A model generated the notes under the pieces. That model was not told the DNA's origin, ran no database searches, and worked only from the letters and a program-made list of their open reading frames with translations. Below, in pieces: positions 30,386-41,024 of a DNA stretch of 64,000 bases. Both the position numbers and the translations under genes were made by a program. Within the stretch, counting starts at the first letter, position 1; each line of letters begins with the position of its first letter. The DNA comes from Nitrospirae bacterium MYbin3. GTDB lineage: Bacteria; Nitrospirota; Thermodesulfovibrionia; Thermodesulfovibrionales; Dissulfurispiraceae. The stretch spans positions 1 through 64,000 of the forward strand of contig PEAD01000003.1 in assembly GCA_002753335.1 (NCBI GenBank), read 5' to 3'.

Positions 30386-30431
30386 GGACTAAGAAGTTGT
30401 GGCTATAACTAATTGATAATAAAAGTGAAAT

Positions 30432-30510
30432 TGGTCGGGGCGAGCCGATTCGAACGGCCGACCTCTCGCACCCCAAGCGAGTGCGCTAAACCAAGCTGCG
30501 CTACGCCCCG
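30432..30510 (-). tRNA. tRNA-Pro (GGG)
   Basis: Reverse complement CGGGGCG...CTCGC-TTGGGGT-GCGAG...GTTCGAAT...CGCCCCGACCA; cloverleaf with encoded CCA. Confidence 0.97.
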
Positions 30511-30513
30511 AAC

Positions 30514-30924
30514 TTATGAAAGATCCCCAAGCAGTTTCGCTAAGCGTTGTTTAACCGCTTTAAGGACCTCAGCATTGCCACTAGTGCTTCTTGCATCTTG
30601 TACTGCTGGTATAGGTGCCTCTAAAATCTTGTCATCTGAATTAGTTTTCAGAGCACCTGAGCTAAGCTTTTTTCTGACCCCTTCAATCGTATACTTTTCT
30701 TCATGTAAAAGCTTCTTTATCTGGGTCAGAAGGTCAACGTCATCTTTTGTGTAAATTCTTTGTCCTGAAGATGTTTTCCTGGGTTTTAGAAAAGGGAATT
30801 CTGTTTCCCAATATCTAAGGACATAAGATTCCACGCCGACTATTTTCCCGGCCTCGCCGATCTTGTAAAAAATTCTTTCCGGAAATAGCTTCAGCGGTTC
30901 GGGTGATTCTAATGCGTCATGCAT
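30514..30924 (-). CDS. MerR-family transcriptional regulator
   Basis: FYKIGE...YVLRYWETEF...GQRIY; usual ihfA-merR-tRNA-Pro order. Confidence 0.92.
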   Translation of the reverse strand: MHDALESPEPLKLFPERIFYKIGEAGKIVGVESYVLRYWETEFPFLKPRKTSSGQRIYTKDDVDLLTQIKKLLHEEKYTIEGVRKKLSSGALKTNSDDKILEAPIPAVQDARSTSGNAEVLKAVKQRLAKLLGDLS

Positions 30925-30964
30925 TGAGATAATTATCTTCCCTTCGCTGACAACAGAAAAAAGC

Positions 30965-31259
30965 TCAGGCTTTTTCTACTGCTTCTTTAAGCTGGTCGCT
31001 TGCCTTAAATGTGATGACTCTGCGAGGAGTAATCTCGACTTCTTCTTTTGTCTTGGGATTACGACCCACCCTCGAATTTTTATTTCTTATATTAAAGGTG
31101 CCGAACCCAGAAACCTTGATAGATTCATTTTTTTGCAAGGTTTCCTTAAGTGTATCGAACACAGCTTCAACTATAAGTTGAGTCTCATTTCTCGGAAGCC
31201 CCACTTTTTNNNNNNNNNNNNNNNNNNNNAACCAGATTAACTATATCAGCCTTTGTCAT
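30965..31259 (-). CDS. ihfA: Integration host factor alpha, interrupted by an assembly gap
   Basis: MTKADIVNLV before the N-run (31210-31229), then KVGLPRNE...SGFGTF...GRNPKT. Confidence 0.88.
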
Positions 31260-31357
31260 AAATACCTCACAATTTTCCTGAAAAAATAGACACTTTCAAA
31301 TATTAATAGCTAACTCTGATAAATGTCAAGTATCATAACACATTGACATTTTTACAT

Positions 31358-32221
31358 TTACAGGCTTTGTGGCGTATTTTTCCCTACGGTCACAGATGTC
31401 CAGCGGCCGTCTTCAAAACGCCTCAATAGCGTAAGACCGCATGACTCCATTGCAGATAGAACTTCTATCTCTTGTCCAGTGATCATGCCGGAAAGCAAAG
31501 CGATTCCTTCAGGCTCAAGCCTTTGAGCTATCTCGGGTGCTATTTTTATGAGTGTTTCGGATACAAGGTTGGCGGCGATCATATCGTATGAACCTAGGGC
31601 ACAGGAAGCATCACCTTCGATTACCGATACGTTTGAAAGTTTGTTTAAAGCCGTATTTCTGCGTGCAGCATCAATAGCTAGCGGATCGTTGTCGATAGCC
31701 GTAATCTTTTTAAAGCCGAGCTTTGCTGCTGCTATTGCCAGTATGCCTGTTCCGGTTCCCAGATCTAGGAAACTGTTTTTTGTTTTTGCTGTTGATGCAT
31801 AGTGTTCTATTATTGCAAGACAAAATCTGGTGGTCTCATGATGTCCTGTGCCGAAAGCCATGCCGGGATCAATTATAAGGTTGGTCTTAGAACTTTGCTG
31901 TGTTTCCCACGGAGGCAGGATTGACAATGTTTTTCCAACATCAATTGGTGTGAAATTATTTTTCCATGTTTCGTTCCAGTCTTGTTCAGGCACAAAAACA
32001 TGATCGTAGGACAGATTTGAAGGCAGTCCGCTGTTAGTTAAATTCAGAGCGGATTGTTTGAGACCCTCAATAATAGTTTCGATTTTTTCTGAGTCAGAAA
32101 AATAAGCTGTAATTTTTGAGTTTGATTCTATAACCCCGGCAAGCCCAAAACCCCGCATAAGTTCAATAAGGGCATCTTTAGACTCATCAGGAACCTTGAT
32201 GCTGAATTCGTAATACCCCAC
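31358..32221 (-). CDS. prmA: Ribosomal protein L11 methyltransferase
   Basis: DPGMAFGTGHHETT, LDLGTGTGIL and ANL motifs. Confidence 0.93.
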   Translation of the reverse strand: MGYYEFSIKVPDESKDALIELMRGFGLAGVIESNSKITAYFSDSEKIETIIEGLKQSALNLTNSGLPSNLSYDHVFVPEQDWNETWKNNFTPIDVGKTLSILPPWETQQSSKTNLIIDPGMAFGTGHHETTRFCLAIIEHYASTAKTKNSFLDLGTGTGILAIAAAKLGFKKITAIDNDPLAIDAARRNTALNKLSNVSVIEGDASCALGSYDMIAANLVSETLIKIAPEIAQRLEPEGIALLSGMITGQEIEVLSAMESCGLTLLRRFEDGRWTSVTVGKNTPQSL

Positions 32222-32229
32222 AGATTCTT

Positions 32230-33261
32230 CTATTTTTGTTCTGTCAAGCCTTTCAGTACCAGTTCTCTTTCTTCAGGATTTGACATAAGTACCAACGTGC
32301 TTGATGGTTGTACAAGGTAGTCTTCCTGTGGATTGAACACCCAGTCCTCTAGAGTTCTTATTGCGAGAAGCAGCGTGTGCTTATACCTTTTTAAAGATAA
32401 TGCCGACAATGGTTTGCCGACATAGGAGGCCGGTATCTCAACCTCTTCTATTCTCAGGCCGCGTTCTTTGTCGCGAAGCATTATATCAAGAAATGAAACC
32501 ACAGCAGGCCGCACCATTTCCGATGCCATTCTGAGGCCGCCTATAAATGTTGGAGAAACTACTGCATCAGCTCCGGCCATCTTCATCTTTTCGATGTTTT
32601 TAAGGTCATGGCTTCTTGCAACCACCCGTATGGAAGGATTAAGCTGCTTTGCGGTAAGGCTTATAACCATATTCAGGTTGTCATCACCCGAAACCGCAAA
32701 AAGTCCGGTTGCCCTGTTGATACCAGCCTTTAAAAGGGTGTCGTTGTCGGTGGCATCACCTTCTATGTACACATTTGTATGAAATGTCGGGAGTATTTTT
32801 TCGATCTTCTTCCTGTCTATATCAACGATAACATACGGTCTTTTGGTTTCGTACAGCTCATTGACTATGTGGAATCCCACCCCCTCTATACCGCAAACAA
32901 TATGGTGGTCTTTGAATTTTTCGATGAGCTTCTCCATCTTTCTCCTCCGGAACGCTTCGTTTAGCTCGCCTTCAACAATAAAGGCAGTGACATTAGAAAG
33001 GATATAGGTAAGTGATCCAATCCCGCAGAGCGCAATTACCATTGTAAAGACTCTGCCTATCGGATTGTTTGCCAAGTCAACAATTTCACCATAGCCTATT
33101 GTGGATATGGTTATAACTGTCATGTACAGGCAATCTACAAGCGAATATTTGTCCCCGCCTATCACTCTGTAGCCCAAGGTACCCAGAATAATAACTAGAA
33201 ACAGAGCAATGCCAGCCCATGTGAATCTCTTTAGTATTTGTTCTGTAAGTTCGTCTTTCAT
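32230..33261 (-). CDS. Potassium channel with RCK (TrkA-N/C) domains
   Basis: TISTIGYG pore signature; HIVCG and GDAT in the RCK domain. Confidence 0.93.
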   Translation of the reverse strand: MKDELTEQILKRFTWAGIALFLVIILGTLGYRVIGGDKYSLVDCLYMTVITISTIGYGEIVDLANNPIGRVFTMVIALCGIGSLTYILSNVTAFIVEGELNEAFRRRKMEKLIEKFKDHHIVCGIEGVGFHIVNELYETKRPYVIVDIDRKKIEKILPTFHTNVYIEGDATDNDTLLKAGINRATGLFAVSGDDNLNMVISLTAKQLNPSIRVVARSHDLKNIEKMKMAGADAVVSPTFIGGLRMASEMVRPAVVSFLDIMLRDKERGLRIEEVEIPASYVGKPLSALSLKRYKHTLLLAIRTLEDWVFNPQEDYLVQPSSTLVLMSNPEERELVLKGLTEQK

Positions 33262-33356
33262 AATTAAATTAGCAGATGGTTTTAATAATAACTTTTTGGT
33301 CGAAAAGTTACAATCATAAATAGTGTGAAATTCTGTTTGGTTTTTAAAGCAGCAGT

Positions 33357-35429
33357 TTAACTAAGCTTCGAGAAATCAGCAAGCTGACGGCCTACAGTCT
33401 GGATATACTTTACCAGTGCAAGCCGGTTATTTTTTATATCTTCGTTTTTGTCCATGACCAGCACTTTGTCGAAGAAATTATTGACAGGATCTTTCAGCGT
33501 AAGCAGAACTTCTAAGGAATCTGAGTATCTCTCAAGCGCGAGCAGAGGGTAAAGTTTGGATGCCGCAGACTCGGCCGCGCTGTAGAGCGCTGATTCTTCG
33601 TCCTGAGTGAACATCTCTTTCTTTACAGGCTCTGATTTGTCCTGAGGTGCTATATTGTTAATTCTCTTGAAAGCAAGTAGGAAGCTTTCATATCCGGCAA
33701 CAAGTTTGAATTTCTTAAGAGCCTCAAGTCTGTCTTTCACAGAGTATAGAGGTTCGTCTTTTGCAAAACAGGCCACTGCACTAACACAGTCTGCAGTGTA
33801 TCCCTGAGACTGCAGAAGTACCTCAAGCCGCTGCTCATAAAACCTTAGCATGCCTTCAAGTACGGATGCTGTTTTATCTGACTGATATGGCTGAAGCGCT
33901 TTGGTGAAAAGCTCTATTATGTTCATTCGATATCTTTTGCCGATAAGAATCGCAATTATGCCGAGGGTCTGTCTTCTTAAAGCAAACGGGTCTTCGGTAG
34001 CTGTCGGTGCAAGCCCTATGCTGAAAAACGAGGCTATATTGTCCAGCTTGTCGGCAAGGCTTACTGCAGCACCTGCATCGGTTTCAGGAATTTCATCACC
34101 CGAAAAAGCAGGACGGTAATGTTCTGAGATGGCCTTGGAAATTTCGGAAGAAAGCTTATCGTTTGCAGCGTAATAACCGCCCATTGTACCCTGAAGCTCA
34201 GGGAACTCCCTTACAACACCCGATGCAAGGTCCGACTTGGAAAGCAGAGCTGCGGTCTTGATTTCGTCTTTTATATCAGGCGAACACTTGTCTGAAATAA
34301 GTTCGGCTATAGCAGAGATCCTCAAAACTTTGTCATGCAGATTCCCGAGTTTTTCATGGAAAGTGACTTTTTTAAGTTCTTTGAGCCTTTCCTTTTCAGA
34401 GACCTTTTTGTCCTCGTGATAATAAAAGCGCGCATCTTCGAATCTTGCTTTTATTACACGCTCAGCGCCTCTCTTTATTGTTTCAGCATTGTCTTCTTTG
34501 GTGTTGCTGACAATGATGAAGCGGTTTGTTAGCTTGGCCCCCGAATTCACAGCAAAATATTTCTGGTGGCCCTTCATGACCGTTATAAGGAGCTCAGGAG
34601 GCAGTTCAAGGTATTCTGCAGGGAAGGTTCCCATAAAAGGCGTGGGATATTCGATGAGATAGGAAACATGATTAATAAGCTCATCATCTTTTACGATGGA
34701 GGCTCCTATTGCTTCAGTAAGACTGTTAGCTTCTTGCAGTATGTTTTTTTTGCGTTCTTCAGGATTAAGCACCACAAAATTATTTTTCAGTAGGTTGATA
34801 TAAGAGCGGGTATCCTTGATTTCAAAAGAGGCTGGAGAAAGAAACCTGTGGCCCTTTGTCATATTGCTGCTCTTTATTCCCTCTATCTCAAAAACAATTT
34901 TTTTATTAGCGTATAATGCAAGTATCCAGTGTATAGGCCTCGCAAACCTGATGCTGCCGTTTCCCCAACGCATTGATTTAGGGAAATTTAGAGAGAGTAT
35001 AAGTTCAGGCAGCATGGCCTGCATGATGCTTTCGGTGTCTTGAGCATCTTCTCTGACAACCGCAACCAAATATGAGCCTTTGCCTTTTTCTTTTCGTTGC
35101 AGGGAATCTATCGGCACACTGTTCGTTTTTGCGAAAGCCTCTGCAGCTTTTGTAGGATTGCCGCTGCTGTCAAAAGCCACATTCACAGGCGGTCCCCAGA
35201 TCTCTTTTTCTGAAGCTGTTTGATAAGAAGGCACATCCTCGGCTATAAGAGAAAGTCTTCTAGGGGTGGCATAGGTTTTCAGTGACGAGAATGAAAGCCT
35301 TTTGTCGGACAGCATTTTTTCTGCATTGGAGCGTAGCTTGTCCATCGCCACCGGCAGAAAACGGGCCGGTATTTCTTCGGTGCCTATTTCCAAAAGCAGC
35401 ATTGCTGTTGTATTGCTTTTCTGTTCCAT
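33357..35429 (-). CDS. glyS: Glycyl-tRNA synthetase beta subunit
   Basis: LLEIGTEEIP, TPRRL, EFPELQG, DPFALRR and NRLAL motifs. Confidence 0.98.
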   Translation of the reverse strand: MEQKSNTTAMLLLEIGTEEIPARFLPVAMDKLRSNAEKMLSDKRLSFSSLKTYATPRRLSLIAEDVPSYQTASEKEIWGPPVNVAFDSSGNPTKAAEAFAKTNSVPIDSLQRKEKGKGSYLVAVVREDAQDTESIMQAMLPELILSLNFPKSMRWGNGSIRFARPIHWILALYANKKIVFEIEGIKSSNMTKGHRFLSPASFEIKDTRSYINLLKNNFVVLNPEERKKNILQEANSLTEAIGASIVKDDELINHVSYLIEYPTPFMGTFPAEYLELPPELLITVMKGHQKYFAVNSGAKLTNRFIIVSNTKEDNAETIKRGAERVIKARFEDARFYYHEDKKVSEKERLKELKKVTFHEKLGNLHDKVLRISAIAELISDKCSPDIKDEIKTAALLSKSDLASGVVREFPELQGTMGGYYAANDKLSSEISKAISEHYRPAFSGDEIPETDAGAAVSLADKLDNIASFFSIGLAPTATEDPFALRRQTLGIIAILIGKRYRMNIIELFTKALQPYQSDKTASVLEGMLRFYEQRLEVLLQSQGYTADCVSAVACFAKDEPLYSVKDRLEALKKFKLVAGYESFLLAFKRINNIAPQDKSEPVKKEMFTQDEESALYSAAESAASKLYPLLALERYSDSLEVLLTLKDPVNNFFDKVLVMDKNEDIKNNRLALVKYIQTVGRQLADFSKLS

Positions 35430-35434
35430 TCTAT

Positions 35435-36313
35435 CTATCCGTTGTTGTCGTTAAGCAGCGGAAATCCCTTTTCTTCACGCTGCTTCAGATAAGCTTCAGC
35501 GCAAAGCTTGGCCAACCCTCTGACTTTTGCTATATATCCGGTTCTTTCTGTGACAGAAATAACTCCTCGTGCGTCCAACAGGTTGAATGTATGCGAACCC
35601 TTAAGGCAGAATTCATAGGCCGGAAGCACTAAGCCGGCCTCGATCAATCTTTTAGACTCTTTTTCGCAGGCGTCAAACTGTTTTACAAGCAGCTTGTCGT
35701 TAGAGTAATCGAAATTGTATTTTGAAAACTCAATCTCCCCCTGCTTGTGTATCTCTCCGTATTTGACGCCTTTGCGCCATTCGATGTTGTAAACATTGTC
35801 TATTTCCTGAAGGTACATGGCTATTCTCTCAAGCCCGTATGTAAGCTCTACAGAAACCGGCTTCAGGTCTATGCCGCCCACTTGCTGAAAATATGTGAAC
35901 TGCGTTATCTCCATTCCGTCAAGCCATACTTCCCAGCCGAGCCCCCATGCTCCGAGGGTAGGAGATTCCCAATCATCCTCAACAAACCTGATATCATGTT
36001 TGGTAGGGTCTATGCCGACCATGCTCATGCTTTCAAGGTATAGCTCCTGACTTTCAAGCGGTGATGGCTTTAGAATTACCTGATACTGGTAATAATGCTG
36101 AAGCCTGTTTGGATTTTCGCCATATCTGCCGTCGGTGGGCCTGCGGCATGGCTCCACATAAGCGGTTTTCCATGGCTCCGGGCCGAGCACCCTGAAAAAG
36201 GTGGCAGGATGAAATGTACCGGCGCCGACCTCGAGATCATACGGTTGAAGCAGTATGCATCCTTTGCCGGCCCAGAATGTGTTTAATTTTTGGATTAGGT
36301 CTTGAAAGTACAT
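35435..36313 (-). CDS. glyQ: Glycyl-tRNA synthetase alpha subunit
   Basis: [25 protein letters not shown] and ELTYGLERI motifs. Confidence 0.99.
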   Translation of the reverse strand: MYFQDLIQKLNTFWAGKGCILLQPYDLEVGAGTFHPATFFRVLGPEPWKTAYVEPCRRPTDGRYGENPNRLQHYYQYQVILKPSPLESQELYLESMSMVGIDPTKHDIRFVEDDWESPTLGAWGLGWEVWLDGMEITQFTYFQQVGGIDLKPVSVELTYGLERIAMYLQEIDNVYNIEWRKGVKYGEIHKQGEIEFSKYNFDYSNDKLLVKQFDACEKESKRLIEAGLVLPAYEFCLKGSHTFNLLDARGVISVTERTGYIAKVRGLAKLCAEAYLKQREEKGFPLLNDNNG

Positions 36314-36419
36314 GGCTAAATAAAAAATGAATACTCATGTTATACAAAAGCTTATTTCTTTGTCAAACGAATTTTATATGGTAAAATTAATCATGAAAAA
36401 TAAAAAATTTCATATCAGA

Positions 36420-36902
36420 ATGCAGAAGATATCAAGCAAAAAAGGTATAACAACAATAGAGTTGCTGGTCGTTGCGTCTATAATTATAGTAATGGCTACG
36501 GTCGCATTACCTAATTTGATGGTCTATATTAAACAATACAGATATGACAACTATGTTGCAAAAATGGAATACCTTGTAAAATATTCGAAGATGCTGGGGA
36601 TGGAAAGGACAACCAATATTAGTGTGTGCGTAAGTGGAAGCTCGGTAACTCTTTATGATATAGGGAACAGCAGGTCAGCCGCTATCTGTTCAGGGACCGC
36701 AGTACCTCAGCAAGGGCTAAGCATTTCGGAATCATATATTAGCCTGTCCGGTTCAGGCGCTTCGTTTGATCCGCGTGGGATGGCGATTCAAACAGGCTAT
36801 GTATGCCTCGCATATAACAACGGGTACACCCGTTTATGCATAAGCTCTACTGGGGTAAGAAAAGAAATAGGGTCAGGAGACTGCGCCTCATGTTCAAGTT
36901 GA
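36420..36902 (+). CDS. Type IV minor pilin, FimT/FimU/GspH-like; start may be 36393
   Basis: Prepilin site KKG|ITTIELL plus hydrophobic helix; F.PRG motif. Confidence 0.8.
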   Translation: MQKISSKKGITTIELLVVASIIIVMATVALPNLMVYIKQYRYDNYVAKMEYLVKYSKMLGMERTTNISVCVSGSSVTLYDIGNSRSAAICSGTAVPQQGLSISESYISLSGSGASFDPRGMAIQTGYVCLAYNNGYTRLCISSTGVRKEIGSGDCASCSS

Positions 36903-37237
36903 AGCCAAAAGGATTTACTCTTATAGAATCTTTGATGGCGGTTGCGATAGTAGCTATAGCTATCATAGGCCTTATAACAACTTTGGCAAGATTTTCAACA
37001 CAGACTGCCGACAGGGCAGCGATGGATTGTGTTATAAATGCAGCGGCTTCGGCTGTGACAGAGTGTCAGGCACTGATTACGCCTTCAAACAAGACATGCG
37101 CAGAGCGCAATAACGCAACCATAACAATCTCTGCAAGTGGGAGCTGTTCTCCTTCAAGCGGCAGCTGTAATGATGTGACTATTACGGCATCGGGTGTCGG
37201 CAAAAATTTTGTAATGACCACAAAAGTTTGCAATTAA
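36890..37237 (+). CDS. Type IV minor pilin, PilV-like
   Basis: KG|FTLIESLMA; AGGAG SD before the ATG at 36890. Confidence 0.82.
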   Translation: MFKLKPKGFTLIESLMAVAIVAIAIIGLITTLARFSTQTADRAAMDCVINAAASAVTECQALITPSNKTCAERNNATITISASGSCSPSSGSCNDVTITASGVGKNFVMTTKVCN

Positions 37238-37244
37238 CGGGGGA

Positions 37245-38144
37245 ATGGTGAGACGCAACCACAAGGGTTTTACAATGATTGAATCTTTGATGGCCTTGGC
37301 GATAACTATTATTATCGTTGGTTCGATTACAGCGGCATATATGGCTGTGGTAAGGGATTTCAAGGATGTAAAAAGCATAGCTGATAATCTTCAGACAAAA
37401 ACCCCTGCTATTGAGCTGATGGGCAGATTTTTTGACAGGTGGGGTGTTGGGGTGGTATCACAGCAGGATGATTCAAATTGTACTAACTGCCCATCAACTC
37501 AAAGAGCGATGACCATAACCACTACGAACGGTTGTTCTGATGCCACTTTCTACGGAAACATTTATGGCATGGGATTTGTTTATTCGGTGTCCGGAAGCAC
37601 AGCCAACATTATAAGCTGCAGGCTTAAATCAAACGCAACTGATAACTGTTATGTAATCTGGAGAGACAATGTTACTGCAAACTCAATTTCAGGAGGCAGC
37701 GTCGTTCCTGAATCCATTGCTAATTTGAGCTCTGATGATAAGACTTGTTCGGACTTAACTGCAGGTGCAACTTCGAATGTTACTGCGAACTCTGCAATGA
37801 CTTCTCAGACTGTTCAGTCGGGAGATGTGTTGCAGCGATTTTGGCACACAATAAGGTTTTATTGTTCAACAAATTCTAATGATTCTAACAAAAATTGGTT
37901 GTATGTTGATTTGACTGATGCTTCTATTTGCGGCAATTCGCAGTCTGCAGTGCCGGTAGCTCCGGTTGAGGCGTTTTCTGCAACCGCCATGCCCAGCGGA
38001 ACGAACTGCAGTTCATCCGCTGGGGGAACTGCATGCAGGGCTGTGAATGTAAGCTTAACTTTTAGAAGTCAGAGCGCAAAATATACCGGAGGCAGCGGAT
38101 CATATGACAACTACACTACATCGAACAAGGTTTTTGGGAGATGA
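37245..38144 (+). CDS. Type IV minor pilin, PilW/GspJ-like
   Basis: KG|FTMIESLMA; Cys/Ser/Thr-rich body. Confidence 0.82.
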   Translation: MVRRNHKGFTMIESLMALAITIIIVGSITAAYMAVVRDFKDVKSIADNLQTKTPAIELMGRFFDRWGVGVVSQQDDSNCTNCPSTQRAMTITTTNGCSDATFYGNIYGMGFVYSVSGSTANIISCRLKSNATDNCYVIWRDNVTANSISGGSVVPESIANLSSDDKTCSDLTAGATSNVTANSAMTSQTVQSGDVLQRFWHTIRFYCSTNSNDSNKNWLYVDLTDASICGNSQSAVPVAPVEAFSATAMPSGTNCSSSAGGTACRAVNVSLTFRSQSAKYTGGSGSYDNYTTSNKVFGR

Positions 38145-38151
38145 CTGAGAA

Positions 38152-39459
38152 ATGGGAAAAATAATCAGAAATGAAAGAGGAATGGCTATTTTAATAGCCT
38201 TGACGGTGATGCTTTTAATTCTGGTTATTGCCGGAGCATCCATGACAATTTCGCAACTTGGATATATGTCGGTGGGGAGTGAACAAAAATACCAGCTTGC
38301 AACCGCTGCGGCAGAATATGCGCTAAATGCAGGAGTTGCGGCTGCGGCAACATGCTCCCCAACATCCACAAGCGGCAGTTTGACCGGAGGCGCGAGTTAT
38401 AGCTACTTTGGCAGGCCGGATAATTCAAGCACTTATTGCTTTGTGTATGGCAAAGGGCAGATGGGGACAGCATCTATTATAAGGGTTACGGTGGTTCCTA
38501 TGAGCACCAGCGATGTAACCGCTCTTGTTGCCAACAACATAAGCAACGAAACATTCAACGGAGACAACTCTGCTATCAGTTCGAATGGATGCGGCTCTGC
38601 AGTTATATACGAATCCTGCGGCTTTTCGAATTGCTCAACCACAATTTCAACCGAATCTCATTTTATTGGAGAGCCCAAGGCACAGCAGAAGACAATTGAT
38701 GATATGACCTCTAAGCTCTTTAATGCTTCAAGTTGGAGCGATTTGGTCACACAGAATATTGCGGCTGCAGCCACATTGAATTCTAGCGTTCCTGCTGCAT
38801 GTAAATTTTATTCAAGCAATGCCACCACAGTTGCGAATACCACATGCACTACTATCAATAACTCAGGAGATATACGATGCGAAACCAGCGGAGGCGGAAC
38901 CACCAATATATTGGCGTCGTCTAACTGCACCACAGTTCTTATAACGGCTGCTCAGGTGACTATCAACGATACGCAGAATCAGGCTCCGGATATGTTTGTG
39001 TATGCAAGCGAAACTCTTTCTGTCGGGTTGAGTGGCAACCAACCAACCTTGAGTGGATACTTCTGTACAGGCACTTCCGGTGAGACCAGCTTTAACATGA
39101 GCGGCAGCGGTGGATTTACAGGTATTCTTGCAACTGCCCGCGCCAGCAATATAACTCTGAGCGGAAATACAACCAGTGAAGGATTGATATTTGTGGGCAA
39201 TTCAGGCACAGAGACTCCGAATGTAACGATTAACGGAAATGACAAGATGCAGGGGGCTATGGTGTTTAACGGGAATGTGGAGATAACCCGAAACGGGGGC
39301 GGGACAGCGTACCCAAACATAGAGTATAGCGCTGATCAGATCAATGCATGGAAATCTAAATTCGGCGGCTCTCTTCTCAGCAGTCTTATAAAAACAGCCT
39401 CATGCGGCGGAGGTTCACTTTCCTCTGCAACTTCGAGAACTAAGACAACGGTGTATTAA
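38152..39459 (+). CDS. PilX/GspK-like minor pilin with large C-terminal domain
   Basis: ERG|MAILIAL lacking Glu5; A..AAE..L helix typical of PilX. Confidence 0.75.
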   Translation: MGKIIRNERGMAILIALTVMLLILVIAGASMTISQLGYMSVGSEQKYQLATAAAEYALNAGVAAAATCSPTSTSGSLTGGASYSYFGRPDNSSTYCFVYGKGQMGTASIIRVTVVPMSTSDVTALVANNISNETFNGDNSAISSNGCGSAVIYESCGFSNCSTTISTESHFIGEPKAQQKTIDDMTSKLFNASSWSDLVTQNIAAAATLNSSVPAACKFYSSNATTVANTTCTTINNSGDIRCETSGGGTTNILASSNCTTVLITAAQVTINDTQNQAPDMFVYASETLSVGLSGNQPTLSGYFCTGTSGETSFNMSGSGGFTGILATARASNITLSGNTTSEGLIFVGNSGTETPNVTINGNDKMQGAMVFNGNVEITRNGGGTAYPNIEYSADQINAWKSKFGGSLLSSLIKTASCGGGSLSSATSRTKTTVY

Positions 39460-39477
39460 CTGAATTGAGGACTGCGT

Positions 39478-40953
39478 TTATTGTTCAGGCTTCATCAAAG
39501 GGAAGATTATTACATCCCTAATTGACTGGCAGTTGGTCAACAGCATAACAAGCCTGTCTATGCCTATGCCTTCACCTGCAGCAGGCGGCATGCCGTATTC
39601 GAGGGCGCGCACAAAATCTTCATCCATAGAATGGGCTTCGTCATCCCCGCGCTCTTTTGCCTCGACCTGCTTAATAAAACGCTCTTTCTGGTCTATCGGG
39701 TCGGTAAGCTCCGAGAACGCATTGGCTATTTCTCTGCCCGCGATGAAAAGCTCGAATCTTTCTACAAGGTCAGGATTGTCCGGCTTGCGTTTTGCAAGAG
39801 GAGAAAGCTCTACCGGGTGGTCGGTTATGAATGTCGGTTGGATCAAATCAACTTCAACTGTCTCTTTGAAGATCTCGTCAAGCACTTTGCCGAAGGAGCT
39901 GCCTGATGGAATATTCATGCCTTTGCTTCTCGCCCATGCGACCGCAGCATCACAGTCTGCAAGCGCTTCCTTGGGTACGCCTTTTTGTTCCATTGCATCA
40001 AGCATCGGCAGGCGCGGCCAAGGCGGAGTTAGGTCAATAGTCAAATCACCATAAGGAATTTTAAGCGTTCCAATTGCCCTCTTTGCAACATACGCAAAAA
40101 GTTCTTCGGTAAACGACATAAGAAAATTATAGTCCTGATACGCAATATAAAATTCCATCATCGTAAATTCAGGATTATGTCTTGTCGAAATTCCTTCATT
40201 CCTGAAATTTTTGTTCAACTCGAAAACTCTCTCGTAGCCGCCGACAAGAAGCCTTTTTAAGAACAATTCAGGTGCGATTCTTAGATACAGCTCCATATCG
40301 AGCGCATTATGGTGAGTTTTGAAAGGCCGCGCAGTTGCACCGCCCGGAATCTTGTGCATCATCGGGGTTTCGACCTCTATAAAACCTTTTGACTCTAAAA
40401 AGTCTCGGATAGATTTGATGATCGCGCTTCTTTTTGCGAAGATATCCTTTGCTTCGGGATTAACTATCAGGTCAACATATCTCTGTCTGTATCTGATTTC
40501 GATATCTTTTAGACCGTGCCATTTTTCGGGCAGTGGACGAAGGGATTTGCAAAGCATCACAAAGTCAATAACTTCAACAGTTAGCTCGTTGGTTTTTGTC
40601 CTGAAAAGCCTGCCGCTTACGCCTATGATGTCGCCTATATCGAGCTTTTTGAGAAGTTTGAATTTTTCTCCCAGCATATCTTTTTTTAGATACATCTGGA
40701 TCTTTCCGCTCGCATCCTGCACATGGCCGAATGCAGCCTTACCGAAATCTCTGAACGCGATAACCCTGCCTGCAACTGTCACATTTATAGTCTGTGATTC
40801 GAGGGTTTCCTTGTCCATATCACGGTATTTGTCCAGTAAAAAAGCTGCGCTGAATTCGGGCATAAACTTGCCGTTGTAAGGATCTAAGCCGGTCTCACGC
40901 AGTTCAGATAATTTTTTGAAGCGTTGTTGTATAAGTTCGTTGGTGTCTTCCAT
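39478..40953 (-). CDS. lysS: Lysyl-tRNA synthetase (class II)
   Basis: RYRQRYVDL, YLRIAPEL, FRNEG and GIGIDRL motifs; start taken at MEDTNE. Confidence 0.98.
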   Translation of the reverse strand: MEDTNELIQQRFKKLSELRETGLDPYNGKFMPEFSAAFLLDKYRDMDKETLESQTINVTVAGRVIAFRDFGKAAFGHVQDASGKIQMYLKKDMLGEKFKLLKKLDIGDIIGVSGRLFRTKTNELTVEVIDFVMLCKSLRPLPEKWHGLKDIEIRYRQRYVDLIVNPEAKDIFAKRSAIIKSIRDFLESKGFIEVETPMMHKIPGGATARPFKTHHNALDMELYLRIAPELFLKRLLVGGYERVFELNKNFRNEGISTRHNPEFTMMEFYIAYQDYNFLMSFTEELFAYVAKRAIGTLKIPYGDLTIDLTPPWPRLPMLDAMEQKGVPKEALADCDAAVAWARSKGMNIPSGSSFGKVLDEIFKETVEVDLIQPTFITDHPVELSPLAKRKPDNPDLVERFELFIAGREIANAFSELTDPIDQKERFIKQVEAKERGDDEAHSMDEDFVRALEYGMPPAAGEGIGIDRLVMLLTNCQSIRDVIIFPLMKPEQ

Positions 40954-41024
40954 GAGATAGTGATTATACTTTCCCAAATTCGTGCAAGTCAATTTATGCG
41001 CAGTAATTTTTTGTTTTGTTGAAT

